This document shows, in pieces, positions 1 through 7,621 of a DNA stretch of 24,474 nt. The position numbers and the translations under genes were made by a program. The first letter of the stretch is position 1. Every line of letters begins with the position of its first letter. The DNA is taken from IMG/VR virus record IMGVR_UViG_3300049228_000024, positions 1 to 24,474 of that record; one strand, given 5' to 3'. Source of the stretch: a virus. Taxonomy: Duplodnaviria > Caudoviricetes. A model generated the notes under the pieces. It did not search any database and was not told the origin of the DNA. It worked only from the letters and a program-made list of their open reading frames with translations.

Positions 1-30
1 CTCATACCACCCAAAACCTGATCGTGTCTC

Positions 31-84
31 CTAGGGCATCCTACGAAGCCTAGTGAGCAGTGTAGCCTCGTAGGGATACCTTAG
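31..84. repeat. Imperfect inverted repeat (hairpin) near the probable genome end
   Basis: CTAGGGCATCCTACGAAGC (31-49) pairs with GCCTCGTAGGGATACCTTAG (65-84), with one bulge and three non-Watson-Crick positions. Confidence 0.6.
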
Positions 85-280
85 ATCGACTGGGGGGTAG
101 TAGAAGGCTTGGGGTGGGACAGCTACAGTTACCCGAGGGGATAGGAATTGGCGCTATAGGGTAGCAGAGGGGGACTAGGGGGTAGCCGGTGGCCGTATAG
201 TGTACGAGTACCCTAGGGGGGAAGGCTGGATGTGGGTATGGACGTATGGGGCTTTAAATGGCTGAAGTGAAATTTGGGGC

Positions 281-384
281 CCCCTAGTGCCCCCTAGTTC
301 TCCCTAGTTCCCCCATGGTCCCCTCTAATGCCCCCAATTCTCTGTAATGTCCACTATAAGCCCCCTAATTCCTTATAATGTCCC
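281..384. repeat. Degenerate ~10-bp tandem repeat array (CCCCTAGTKC-like), terminal short-repeat region
   Basis: Consecutive 10-mers: cccctagtgc, cccctagttc, tccctagttc, ccccatggtc, ccctctaatg, cccccaattc, tctgtaatgt, ccactataag, ccccctaatt, ccttataatg. It lies after the last gene, like the short-repeat arrays next to the T7 terminal repeats. Confidence 0.75.
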
Positions 385-452
385 ACAAACGCAGGATTAA
401 GAAACAATTAAGTGACTACAAGGGGAACGTGAGTGGAAGGGAGGGGGAAGCT

Positions 453-2702
453 TTAGCGGGCTCCGTAGTTCCTTTGACCCGACTCAGTATAGCCAGTAAT
501 AGGGGTCGTAAGATAATCGTAAATTACTTTCGGAAAAGAAGCCGTCCAACCTTCAGTATAAGTATTGAAACACAAACCCGTACTTGCACAACGACGGCTA
601 GCATCTACTGTATACTCTACGTTATCTGTTTGAACAGAAGCAGAATCACTTAAAAGGCTTACAGGAGTAGCTGCATCCATAAGAGCTGCTGTGTTGTAAT
701 CAGTAGACGCTTGATGCCAACGGTTAGAGCCATTGTTATCGTAGATGCCAGAGATATTCCCTGTTATATTTCCACTCTGATCCCACCAATAGTACTCAAG
801 AGCATCAGAATAGATTGCACCTTTGATGTCAACAGCAATTGCTCCACCGGCTGCGTTTGTATACATATTCCAGCCACCAGTAAAGCTGGGGCGATAAGCC
901 CGCAAAGTAAGTAGATTTGAACCCGAAGTTACAGCAGAAATCGCAGCATTACCTGCACCATTATGACGAATGACGTTGCGAATAAGATTAAGAATAATAC
1001 TACCATCGACAGTGGTAGCTGCAATTCCGTCGCAACCGGTAGCACCACCACTAAGGTTTCGACAAGAAATCTCGTGCCCCAGTATAGTCAAGTCTCCACC
1101 AGAAGACTGACTAACCTGACCCTTAGCTGCACCACCGCCCCAAGTAGACAAATCAGTGACGTAAGCACCTTTTCCAATTAGAATCATACTTGAGCGCGGG
1201 CCTGATCCACTAGCTACAGAAGTAGGAGCAATAGGAGCACCAGCGCCATTGGTATATTTGAAGCCTACGCCTCCACCATTAATAGACATGACTCCACCAC
1301 GACCTAGAGTTCCACCATGAGTTGTAATGATATTATTGTTGAAGGCTGAATTCGTTGTAACATTAAGAACACCATCTGCATATACGTTGAGGGTCTTAAC
1401 ACATCCCTCTTGATGCTGTGAGATAACATCATCGATAACGCGTCGAACTTGAAAATTAGCTACACCCAAGCAACCGTAAGATGCAGCACTGACAGCAATA
1501 AATAAACCATTTCGGTCATCACCGCCACCAAGAGAAGCGCCGGCAATATCACCAACTGTACGACCATCGGCATGGATAACAACTTCAGTAGAAGTGTCTT
1601 CTACGTCAAGAATTGTAACAATGCGTCCCGCGTATCGAGGAGGCGTCGTTGTCAACGCAATTCCAGCTTCGGTAGGAGACGAGCAGATTCCAACAAGACA
1701 GCCGGTTCCAGTAAACCTTTGGGCTAGATCACAAGGATCTAGGTTGTCGAGAGAGCAAAGCCCTGTATTAGCTCCAGTACCACCTGTAGTAAGTGAAGGA
1801 GCCTGTGTGCCGACAGTAAAAGAGCATCCGATACCCGAAGTTGAACCCGTTGTAATGATTTTGCCGGCAATAAGTGGATTTCCAGTTAGAGTTTCTGCAA
1901 CAAAAACTCCGTTTGCGACATCGATATCCAAAAGCCGTGAAGTAGAAGCACCGGCGTCATAAGTAACCGACTCACCAATGACGCAAGTTTCAGTGGTCGG
2001 AAAGGGAAAAGTCTGTTGAGAGATATACATCGGACGATTTCGCCGTCCGTTCTTGACAGTAAACCAAGTACCAAACGTAGCAAGAGACTTCCATTTAGCT
2101 AAGGTTTTGAAAGGGGCTTCAAACGTGCCAGCATTAGCATCATTGCCCGAATAGGGATCGATCCAAAATCGCGTCCAAGAAATAGTAGGGTCTAAGCCTT
2201 CAAATTTCTTAAGTGTCGACATATACTCAACAGTTTGCCACGTCATATTCGTGCCAATAAGACCTTGACTATCAGAAGGAGCGCTTGCAAAATTAGAGCA
2301 AGTAATCCTAGCGGTACTCTGAACGCTAGCATTAATTGTATTAACTACGAATCGGACGCTACTCTTATCAGGCGTAAACGGACCGAAGCGCGTACTCGTA
2401 CTAAAAGCGTTGATCTGGGTACTAGCAATGACTTCGGCTAGGGTGTCATCAGTAGGAGACGCCGAATAAAGAGTAGCTGCGGCAGCGTTACCACGATCCC
2501 AATAAATTGTCATTCTTTCGCACGAAGGAATGGCTTCAGAAAAGTCATTCACGACGGCCGTAGTTGGAATCTTAAACTCATAGACCTGAATTCCCTCTTG
2601 CGTCACTCCACGGGTCCTTAGAACAGCCCCCGTGGACGGAAGAGCGAAGAAAAGCAACGAAGCAATCGCTGCCATAAAGCGAACACCAAACCATTTGAAC
2701 AT
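453..2702 (-). CDS. Large putative exported protein (~749 aa): signal peptide, DUF1565-like motif, probable beta-helix/pectin-lyase-like region
   Basis: Start moved to ATG 2702, which has AGGAG at 2711-2715 and does not overlap terL. The N-terminus MFKWFGVRFMAAIASLLFFALPSTGA resembles a Sec signal peptide. The motif FWIDPYSGNDANAGTFEAPFKTL typically precedes right-handed beta-helix domains. The C-terminal part is G/S/T/N-rich. Confidence 0.75.
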   Translation of the reverse strand: MFKWFGVRFMAAIASLLFFALPSTGAVLRTRGVTQEGIQVYEFKIPTTAVVNDFSEAIPSCERMTIYWDRGNAAAATLYSASPTDDTLAEVIASTQINAFSTSTRFGPFTPDKSSVRFVVNTINASVQSTARITCSNFASAPSDSQGLIGTNMTWQTVEYMSTLKKFEGLDPTISWTRFWIDPYSGNDANAGTFEAPFKTLAKWKSLATFGTWFTVKNGRRNRPMYISQQTFPFPTTETCVIGESVTYDAGASTSRLLDIDVANGVFVAETLTGNPLIAGKIITTGSTSGIGCSFTVGTQAPSLTTGGTGANTGLCSLDNLDPCDLAQRFTGTGCLVGICSSPTEAGIALTTTPPRYAGRIVTILDVEDTSTEVVIHADGRTVGDIAGASLGGGDDRNGLFIAVSAASYGCLGVANFQVRRVIDDVISQHQEGCVKTLNVYADGVLNVTTNSAFNNNIITTHGGTLGRGGVMSINGGGVGFKYTNGAGAPIAPTSVASGSGPRSSMILIGKGAYVTDLSTWGGGAAKGQVSQSSGGDLTILGHEISCRNLSGGATGCDGIAATTVDGSIILNLIRNVIRHNGAGNAAISAVTSGSNLLTLRAYRPSFTGGWNMYTNAAGGAIAVDIKGAIYSDALEYYWWDQSGNITGNISGIYDNNGSNRWHQASTDYNTAALMDAATPVSLLSDSASVQTDNVEYTVDASRRCASTGLCFNTYTEGWTASFPKVIYDYLTTPITGYTESGQRNYGAR

Positions 2703-2716
2703 TGAAGAAGCTCCTA

Positions 2717-4435
2717 TTAGGGGCGTAGAACTGGTGCCCACTCTCGTTGATTCGTTTGAAACTCTTTAGGACTCGGATTGATCGTTAGCCCATCAGCGAA
2801 CCGCTGGAGCATTTCATCGAAACGCTCTTCGTCTCTATCTAGGATAGCGTGGTCTACATCTCTAGCCATGCGATCAGTCCACCAACGGACAGCACCGGCT
2901 AGAGCGTCTAAGCAGTCATCGTACTTGAGGCTTCCTCTATCCCGTGTGAGGCGAGTTAACTGGTAGCAGGGCGACTTTAGGACAGCCTCATGATCTTGGT
3001 GGTGAGACTTGTCAGCCACAAGTTGAGTAAGACAAGACTCGTCTAGAATTAATTTGTGTGTACTTAGAACCGGCTCAAGGTTGTCAATGATCCGAGCTTC
3101 TTTCTGCCCAGTAACATGATCATCCTCAATACCACAACCGTCAACGCAGATCTTAGACAGCACAGGCTGCATTAACTGTGCATACATGCCATCACCGAAA
3201 TTAGATTCAATTACGACTGCATTGACTTTTTCGTCCCTCGCGATTGTAGCCAGCTTTGTAAGCGTCTCAGTGGTATAACCACCAACAAGCCCACCCCAAC
3301 GACGCACGATAAGAAAACCATGTAAATGAGCCACCACAGCATAACCAGTAAGATCTTTACCACGACCAGAAGGGTCGATATACATGATCTTGCCTTCATA
3401 TGGGCTCCAACCTTCAGCAGTGAACACTGGGCGGTAGAATCGATCCCCCGGTAGACCCAAGAGGGGTACATGAGGCATCTCTTGGTCTTCACTGGTACCC
3501 CAGACGGCCTTATCGGGACAGATATCTACATCTGTACGAACGACAATAAAATCTCGTAGCTTGAGTGGATGCCGGTCCTCATCAGACAGAGAAGTATCCA
3601 ACAAGAACTGTAGGGCAAACCCTACTCTACCGTACTCTAGACGACGTTCTTCAAGTTCAGCTTTATTGAACCGTTTCGGGTCTACGGGGGTACCAGGGGG
3701 GACGCCTTGGTCAACAAAGCCCTGTATGAGTTTACCTAGAGTCCCTGCATAGCCTAGAGCGCTCTCAGGAACCATAGCGGGCCACACGCGAACTGCATAT
3801 CCTTTATCGGGCAGTTTCTTGTAAAGCGAATCCTCGACTTGGGGTGTTCCCAAGAAGACGATACCACCTTCCTTGCCATCCCTAGCTGCGGGAGTAAGGA
3901 TAGCTCCTCCCATTTCGGCTACTAGGGATAGGAGCTTTTCACGCTGGGCAGCGGTTTCGGAGTTGTTTACGACTTCTACGTCGTCAGCGATGATTCTACG
4001 GGCACGAGAGCCTGTCATCTGGCCCGTAATACCTACAGACTTTACAGAAGGAGCATGAGCAAAAGCCCCTCGGACGTCAAAGGACACATTAGATGTTCTC
4101 TCAAGGCCATTAGGATCTGGCCTGAGGTGCTGTAGGAGGGGAACCTCCCAGATCAACCTCTTCGTGAAGATAGAGAAGGCATCCGATCGCTCTTTCGAAG
4201 CTGAAACCACGAGGATAGTTTCAGACGAATCACGATACAGGAGCCAGCACACGAAGGCCGAAGTAATCCAGCTCTTACCCACACCACGGAAAGCTTGAAC
4301 GACGATTCGCCGCCCGCCGTGTTGAAGAAAGTGGGCTATCTCAAGTTGGACCGGCGTGGGATCTGGGAGGCCCAAGAAGCGCCAAATGTAGATCAGAAAT
4401 ACTCTAAAGTCGTCTTTGAGTCTAGGATCGTTCAT
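2717..4435 (-). CDS. terL: Terminase large subunit (T7 gp19-like)
   Basis: Walker A QAFRGVGKSWIT, HAPSVKSVGITGQMTGSRA, Walker B IIADDVE, coupling motif LGTPQ, nuclease motifs IDPSGRGKD and DDCLDALA; 572 aa. Confidence 0.97.
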   Translation of the reverse strand: MNDPRLKDDFRVFLIYIWRFLGLPDPTPVQLEIAHFLQHGGRRIVVQAFRGVGKSWITSAFVCWLLYRDSSETILVVSASKERSDAFSIFTKRLIWEVPLLQHLRPDPNGLERTSNVSFDVRGAFAHAPSVKSVGITGQMTGSRARRIIADDVEVVNNSETAAQREKLLSLVAEMGGAILTPAARDGKEGGIVFLGTPQVEDSLYKKLPDKGYAVRVWPAMVPESALGYAGTLGKLIQGFVDQGVPPGTPVDPKRFNKAELEERRLEYGRVGFALQFLLDTSLSDEDRHPLKLRDFIVVRTDVDICPDKAVWGTSEDQEMPHVPLLGLPGDRFYRPVFTAEGWSPYEGKIMYIDPSGRGKDLTGYAVVAHLHGFLIVRRWGGLVGGYTTETLTKLATIARDEKVNAVVIESNFGDGMYAQLMQPVLSKICVDGCGIEDDHVTGQKEARIIDNLEPVLSTHKLILDESCLTQLVADKSHHQDHEAVLKSPCYQLTRLTRDRGSLKYDDCLDALAGAVRWWTDRMARDVDHAILDRDEERFDEMLQRFADGLTINPSPKEFQTNQREWAPVLRP

Positions 4436-4443
4436 GGATTAGA

Positions 4444-4511
4444 TTCCGCAAGTAGGAGTCGAACCTACATTCTCCCTGACTGGGAAGTTCTGCCATTTAA
4501 ATTATTGCGGA
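4444..4511 (-). ncRNA. tRNA-like cloverleaf element with reduced anticodon arm (pseudo-tRNA), no encoded CCA
   Basis: Minus strand reads TCCGCAA-TA-ATTTAAATGGCAGAAC-TTCCCAGTCAGGGAG-AAT-GTAGGTTCGACTCCTAC-TTGCGGA-A. It has a perfect 7-bp acceptor stem, U8/A9, a D-loop GG and a perfect T-arm (GTAGG/TTCGACT/CCTAC), but only a 5-nt loop (AGTCA) in the anticodon position; 68 nt in total. Confidence 0.75.
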
Positions 4512-4516
4512 ACCAT

Positions 4517-4744
4517 TTAGTGAAGCATTTCGGGATCGATGTCCTTCAAAGACTCAAGGACAGCATCCCCTGTGGGAGTCAGTGTCGTCCCAAACATGAG
4601 TGTGCCCCCAACGTCTTTATACATCGCTCGAAGCTGGGCGATATCTGCTGCGGAACAGGTTCCCTCTTCGATGCGACGGACAAGCTCTTGGGCTGCGGCT
4701 CGAATACCTCGGTCTAGAATGCTTCTCATTTCAGCGTCAGTCAC
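4517..4744 (-). CDS. terS: Terminase small subunit (T7 gp18-like)
   Basis: 75 aa, directly upstream of terL. ELVRRIEEGTCSAADIAQLRAMYKDVG matches the 'L..RI..GeAtaadL..a...LKDng' pattern of T7-like TerS. SD GGAGG; start overlaps the upstream stop. Confidence 0.85.
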   Translation of the reverse strand: MTDAEMRSILDRGIRAAAQELVRRIEEGTCSAADIAQLRAMYKDVGGTLMFGTTLTPTGDAVLESLKDIDPEMLH

Positions 4745-5022
4745 TTATGAACCCTCCAAGCCACCAAACCAGCCAAGAACCCGCCAAACCCGAACATTAG
4801 AAGATCGATCAGAGTATCCCACCAACGATCTATGGGCCATTGGTCGACCAATTCACGGGGCAAAGCGAAAGCTAAGGCGGCACAGAAGCCTCCAAGTAAG
4901 ACTATAGGGCCAAACCGGCGGACTTTAGAAGCACCCCAGAAGATAACTATGGGCGTAAAGCCCCACACAACATGAAGCAAAGCTTCATAAATGTCTTTAA
5001 TGAGGTGTTTCCAATCCATCAA
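4741..5022 (-). CDS. Small integral membrane protein (about 3 TM segments), function unknown
   Basis: Three hydrophobic stretches, with a H...RE..DQ...WWD...D...G pattern loosely like VanZ/YfiM-type small membrane proteins. The start may be ATG 5019 instead of the TTG. Confidence 0.7.
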   Translation of the reverse strand: MMDWKHLIKDIYEALLHVVWGFTPIVIFWGASKVRRFGPIVLLGGFCAALAFALPRELVDQWPIDRWWDTLIDLLMFGFGGFLAGLVAWRVHK

Positions 5023-5598
5023 TTACGGATTCAGACCAACGACCTGAGTCGGCGTCATGCAGAACGAGAGACCCAATTCGGTTGCAGCATCGGGAGCCGA
5101 AGGACTAATGATTGAATTCACTCGAATGGCTACAGTAGAACCAATGGGAACGAAAACCCCTTTACCAAACGAATTACAAGTCGTGGCCGTACCGGTTAGA
5201 ACACAACCAAAACTACCTCGGGCAGCCGGTAGCGTACCAGAAACCGAAGAACTCTGAAGAGGCGTGGCTCCCGGCGGGTCCCAGTTCACGGTAATAGTAC
5301 GGGTATCGGTACCGCCAGTCGTACCAGGAGCGGTATTGATAATAGCGCGAAGATTAGAGAACTTCAAAGGCACGTTCGTAATGAACGTATCCTCAGCAGC
5401 AAAAGCCGCGGTCGCAACAGCATTTGCCGTAATCGTACCATCACTCAAATTAATCTGAGTGGCCGTCTGGCCGTCATCAGGATCAATCGTAATGAACTTC
5501 GGATTGCAACCTTCGTGTGCTTTAGAATCAGCAAAAGCAGCCGGAGCTGCCATTACGATTAGAACGATACCAATAAGAGACAAGAAACGATTAAACAT
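5023..5598 (-). CDS. Putative exported beta-rich protein with signal peptide (191 aa)
   Basis: SD AAGGA. N-terminus MFNRFLSLIGIVLIVMAAPAAFA|D is a classic Sec signal with an AFA cleavage site. The mature part is Thr/Gly-rich with four Cys. Confidence 0.8.
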   Translation of the reverse strand: MFNRFLSLIGIVLIVMAAPAAFADSKAHEGCNPKFITIDPDDGQTATQINLSDGTITANAVATAAFAAEDTFITNVPLKFSNLRAIINTAPGTTGGTDTRTITVNWDPPGATPLQSSSVSGTLPAARGSFGCVLTGTATTCNSFGKGVFVPIGSTVAIRVNSIISPSAPDAATELGLSFCMTPTQVVGLNP

Positions 5599-5612
5599 TG
5601 AACAATTTCCTT

Positions 5613-5834
5613 TTAAGGATGAGCCGCTTTAAGTAGCTGCTCGTTAGCACGACAAGCTTTGTCCGCTTCACGAATCCAAGCTCGAAGAGAACTAGATGGA
5701 ACTTCAGGCATATCCATTAGATTTGAGTATTCAGATAAATGAATATCCTCTAAAGGGGGACAAGCATAGGGCTCAGGAGAGATCACGACGGTCGCGCAAC
5801 CGCTGACGAGCAGCCACAAGCCAAGCAAGCTCAT
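5613..5834 (-). CDS. o-spanin (Rz1-like outer-membrane lipoprotein)
   Basis: Internal ATG 5834 gives MSLLGLWLLVSG|CATV (lipobox), followed by a Pro-rich segment (SPEPYACPP) and a C-terminal C..N..L. It overlaps the 3' end of the i-spanin in another frame. The true start may be slightly upstream. Confidence 0.75.
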   Translation of the reverse strand: MSLLGLWLLVSGCATVVISPEPYACPPLEDIHLSEYSNLMDMPEVPSSSLRAWIREADKACRANEQLLKAAHP

Positions 5835-6012
5835 CGGCCACAGGTTCGGCCATGACTTTATTGCCAACACTTTGAACCTCCTTAGCCCCTTTGAGTGCTT
5901 CACTGACTGCTTCAGCCTGCACTTGTTTCTTTCTAGCGGTAGACAACCAAACAATAAGGGAGACTACAGCCACCAAAAGAGCAACGACAACAGCCGCAAT
6001 AACTTGCGTCAT
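5773..6012 (-). CDS. i-spanin (Rz-like)
   Basis: N-terminal TM segment (VIAAVVVALLVAVVSLIVWL) followed by a charged helical domain; overlaps a lipoprotein ORF at its 3' end. Confidence 0.75.
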   Translation of the reverse strand: MTQVIAAVVVALLVAVVSLIVWLSTARKKQVQAEAVSEALKGAKEVQSVGNKVMAEPVADELAWLVAARQRLRDRRDLS

Positions 6013-6021
6013 ACATTGAGA

Positions 6022-6041
6022 GTCCTAGAGTGTGTGAACCA
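6022..6041 (-). promoter_or_regulatory. Candidate phage RNA polymerase promoter, copy 2 (TGGTTCACACACTCTAGGAC)
   Basis: 17/20 identical to the motif at 22968-22987; both are intergenic and on the coding strand. Confidence 0.5.
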
Positions 6042-6046
6042 TTTAA

Positions 6047-6238
6047 TCAAACCTTAGGCTTTTTGTGGTCCACAGCCTCCACGACAGGCTCGACAACGTT
6101 CTTAACAGTTTCAAAGATCAAGTCGTCTTTCTTAGTCTTCGTTAGCTTGACCACAATGCCTACAATAACCAGCAAAGCACCTACGATGCCACCTACGGCA
6201 GTAATGATGTCAGCAATAGAAGAAGTATCAGGGAGCAT
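6047..6238 (-). CDS. Putative holin or small membrane protein (63 aa)
   Basis: ATG 6238 gives MLPDTSSIADIITAVGGIVGALLVIVGIVVKLTKTKKDD: a single TM segment, an LT.T.KDD motif and a basic C-terminus. It lies in the lysis cluster. Confidence 0.6.
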   Translation of the reverse strand: MLPDTSSIADIITAVGGIVGALLVIVGIVVKLTKTKKDDLIFETVKNVVEPVVEAVDHKKPKV

Positions 6239-6248
6239 AAGGGGCCTT

Positions 6249-6434
6249 TCAGGGAGAAATTTGGGGAGAGAACAGGTAAGCAATGAACGCCGAGATAGCC
6301 GTTCCTATACCAGCAGCCCAGTTACGAAAGCGCTCTAGGTTTCTAAGGCGATTTTCGTGATCTAAATGAGCAGTTAGAAGAGCAGTTACTTTAGTGTCAA
6401 CACCAATTAGGGTTTCGTATTGATCGTTTGTCAT
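6249..6434 (-). CDS. Putative holin-like (XhlA-type architecture) small membrane protein
   Basis: Coiled coil (DHENRLRNLE) followed by a C-terminal TM segment (WAAGIGTAISAFIAYLF). ATGA overlap with the tail fibre stop; T7 gp17.5 position. Confidence 0.6.
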   Translation of the reverse strand: MTNDQYETLIGVDTKVTALLTAHLDHENRLRNLERFRNWAAGIGTAISAFIAYLFSPQISP

Positions 6435-7621
6435 CGAATGACACCAAACAGCGAGTAAGTCATAGTCGTGATATTATTGGCAGCGAAGAAGATCCGAACG
6501 TGCGTAGCTTTAGTAGCGAAGCCATCCATTTCCCCTGCGGTAGAACCAATGCAAACTTGGGGGTTACCACCGCCACCAGAGTCTTGATAATTAGCTTCCG
6601 CCAGCAGGCTTTGGTTTAGAGTTGAGCCGTTGCCAGCAAAGATACTAACCATAACGCGGCGACTGACGCGTGTACTTTCTACGTTTCGAGCCAAAGGAAT
6701 AAAGGTGGCGGTTAGACTGTCAGAACCGGGACCAGTACCGGCAGCAGAGTTTCGAGCTTGGAACGTATAGTTGTAATCGCTAGCACCTGCTTTATAGGTT
6801 GCTCCGCTGTCGATAGAAAACCGAATTTGAAGATTATCATCCGCGGCGGGCTGAAACTCTTCAAGAACGAGAAAGTATTCGCTATAAGCAGAATCCAAAG
6901 CGAGATCAAGCTGAGCAACAGCAGCAACAGAACCAGTTAAGAGTCGCTTACGAAGTAAAACTGGGATTGAATCGTAGGTGGTAGCATTGATTGCAACTGG
7001 GACTTCGTTTGCTGTAAGACCACTCACTGGAATTGAATTAGCGATAGAAGCAGCAGAACTGGCTGCAGCAGCCGCATAACCAGTAGCCTGCCCCTGAGCG
7101 TTGGTAGCTGTAATGGCTTGGATAAGAGCGTCATTAGCTGAAATTGCAGCAGCAGCCGCCGAAGCTGCCGCCGCTGAAGCAGAGCCAGTTATACTATCTA
7201 CGTAGCCCTTTGTAGCTCCATCTGTTGAAGCAAGGGGAGCAGCAAGATTCGTAATACGATCGCTTGTAGCATCCCAGTTACCACTAGCTTGCTGCATTCC
7301 AATTACAGAATTGTTCTGATTCTCTTCTAGAACGTGGAACGTTTGAAGATTGACTAGATCAAGGTTTGTATCAGTAATCGTAGCGGCTGACGTAAAGTCA
7401 ACTAGAGGTATCGTGCTCGTTACACGACGAATCTCGACGTTATTAATGCCTACAGGAGGAGCGATTGTAATACGGACAGTGGTGGCGTTTAGAAACGACC
7501 AATCAGTAGTAATGACTCCGCCAACGTAGACTTTAACGAAGGTTCGGCTAGTATAAGCAAACCCGATAGCAAAGTCTCGGAGAATACCATTACCGCTGTA
7601 AGTAAAACTAGTCGCCGCCAA
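6431..7621 (-). CDS. Tail fibre protein (T7 gp17-like N-terminal anchor)
   Basis: N-terminus YSGNG..DFAIGFAY.....VKVYV...VEIRRVT...LVDF...A.IT...LD..NLQ...EE is the T7 tail-fibre attachment domain. It is followed by RITNLAAP....DGATKGYVD, an Ala-rich coiled coil and a beta-rich C-terminal domain. Confidence 0.9.
   Translation of the reverse strand: MAATSFTYSGNGILRDFAIGFAYTSRTFVKVYVGGVITTDWSFLNATTVRITIAPPVGINNVEIRRVTSTIPLVDFTSAATITDTNLDLVNLQTFHVLEENQNNSVIGMQQASGNWDATSDRITNLAAPLASTDGATKGYVDSITGSASAAAASAAAAAISANDALIQAITATNAQGQATGYAAAAASSAASIANSIPVSGLTANEVPVAINATTYDSIPVLLRKRLLTGSVAAVAQLDLALDSAYSEYFLVLEEFQPAADDNLQIRFSIDSGATYKAGASDYNYTFQARNSAAGTGPGSDSLTATFIPLARNVESTRVSRRVMVSIFAGNGSTLNQSLLAEANYQDSGGGGNPQVCIGSTAGEMDGFATKATHVRIFFAANNITTMTYSLFGVIR

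Noticed and set aside
281-384. Repeat array as a CRISPR
   Set aside because: The units are about 10 bp, degenerate and contiguous, with no spacers and no cas genes.
378-653. 91-aa plus-strand ORF at the left end
   Set aside because: Mostly antisense to the 749-aa gene, starts within the repeat array and has no SD.
4444-4511. Functional tRNA-Asp(GTC) gene
   Set aside because: The loop is 5 nt and lacks U33, the arm is too short and no CCA follows, so it is unlikely to decode; reported as tRNA-like instead.
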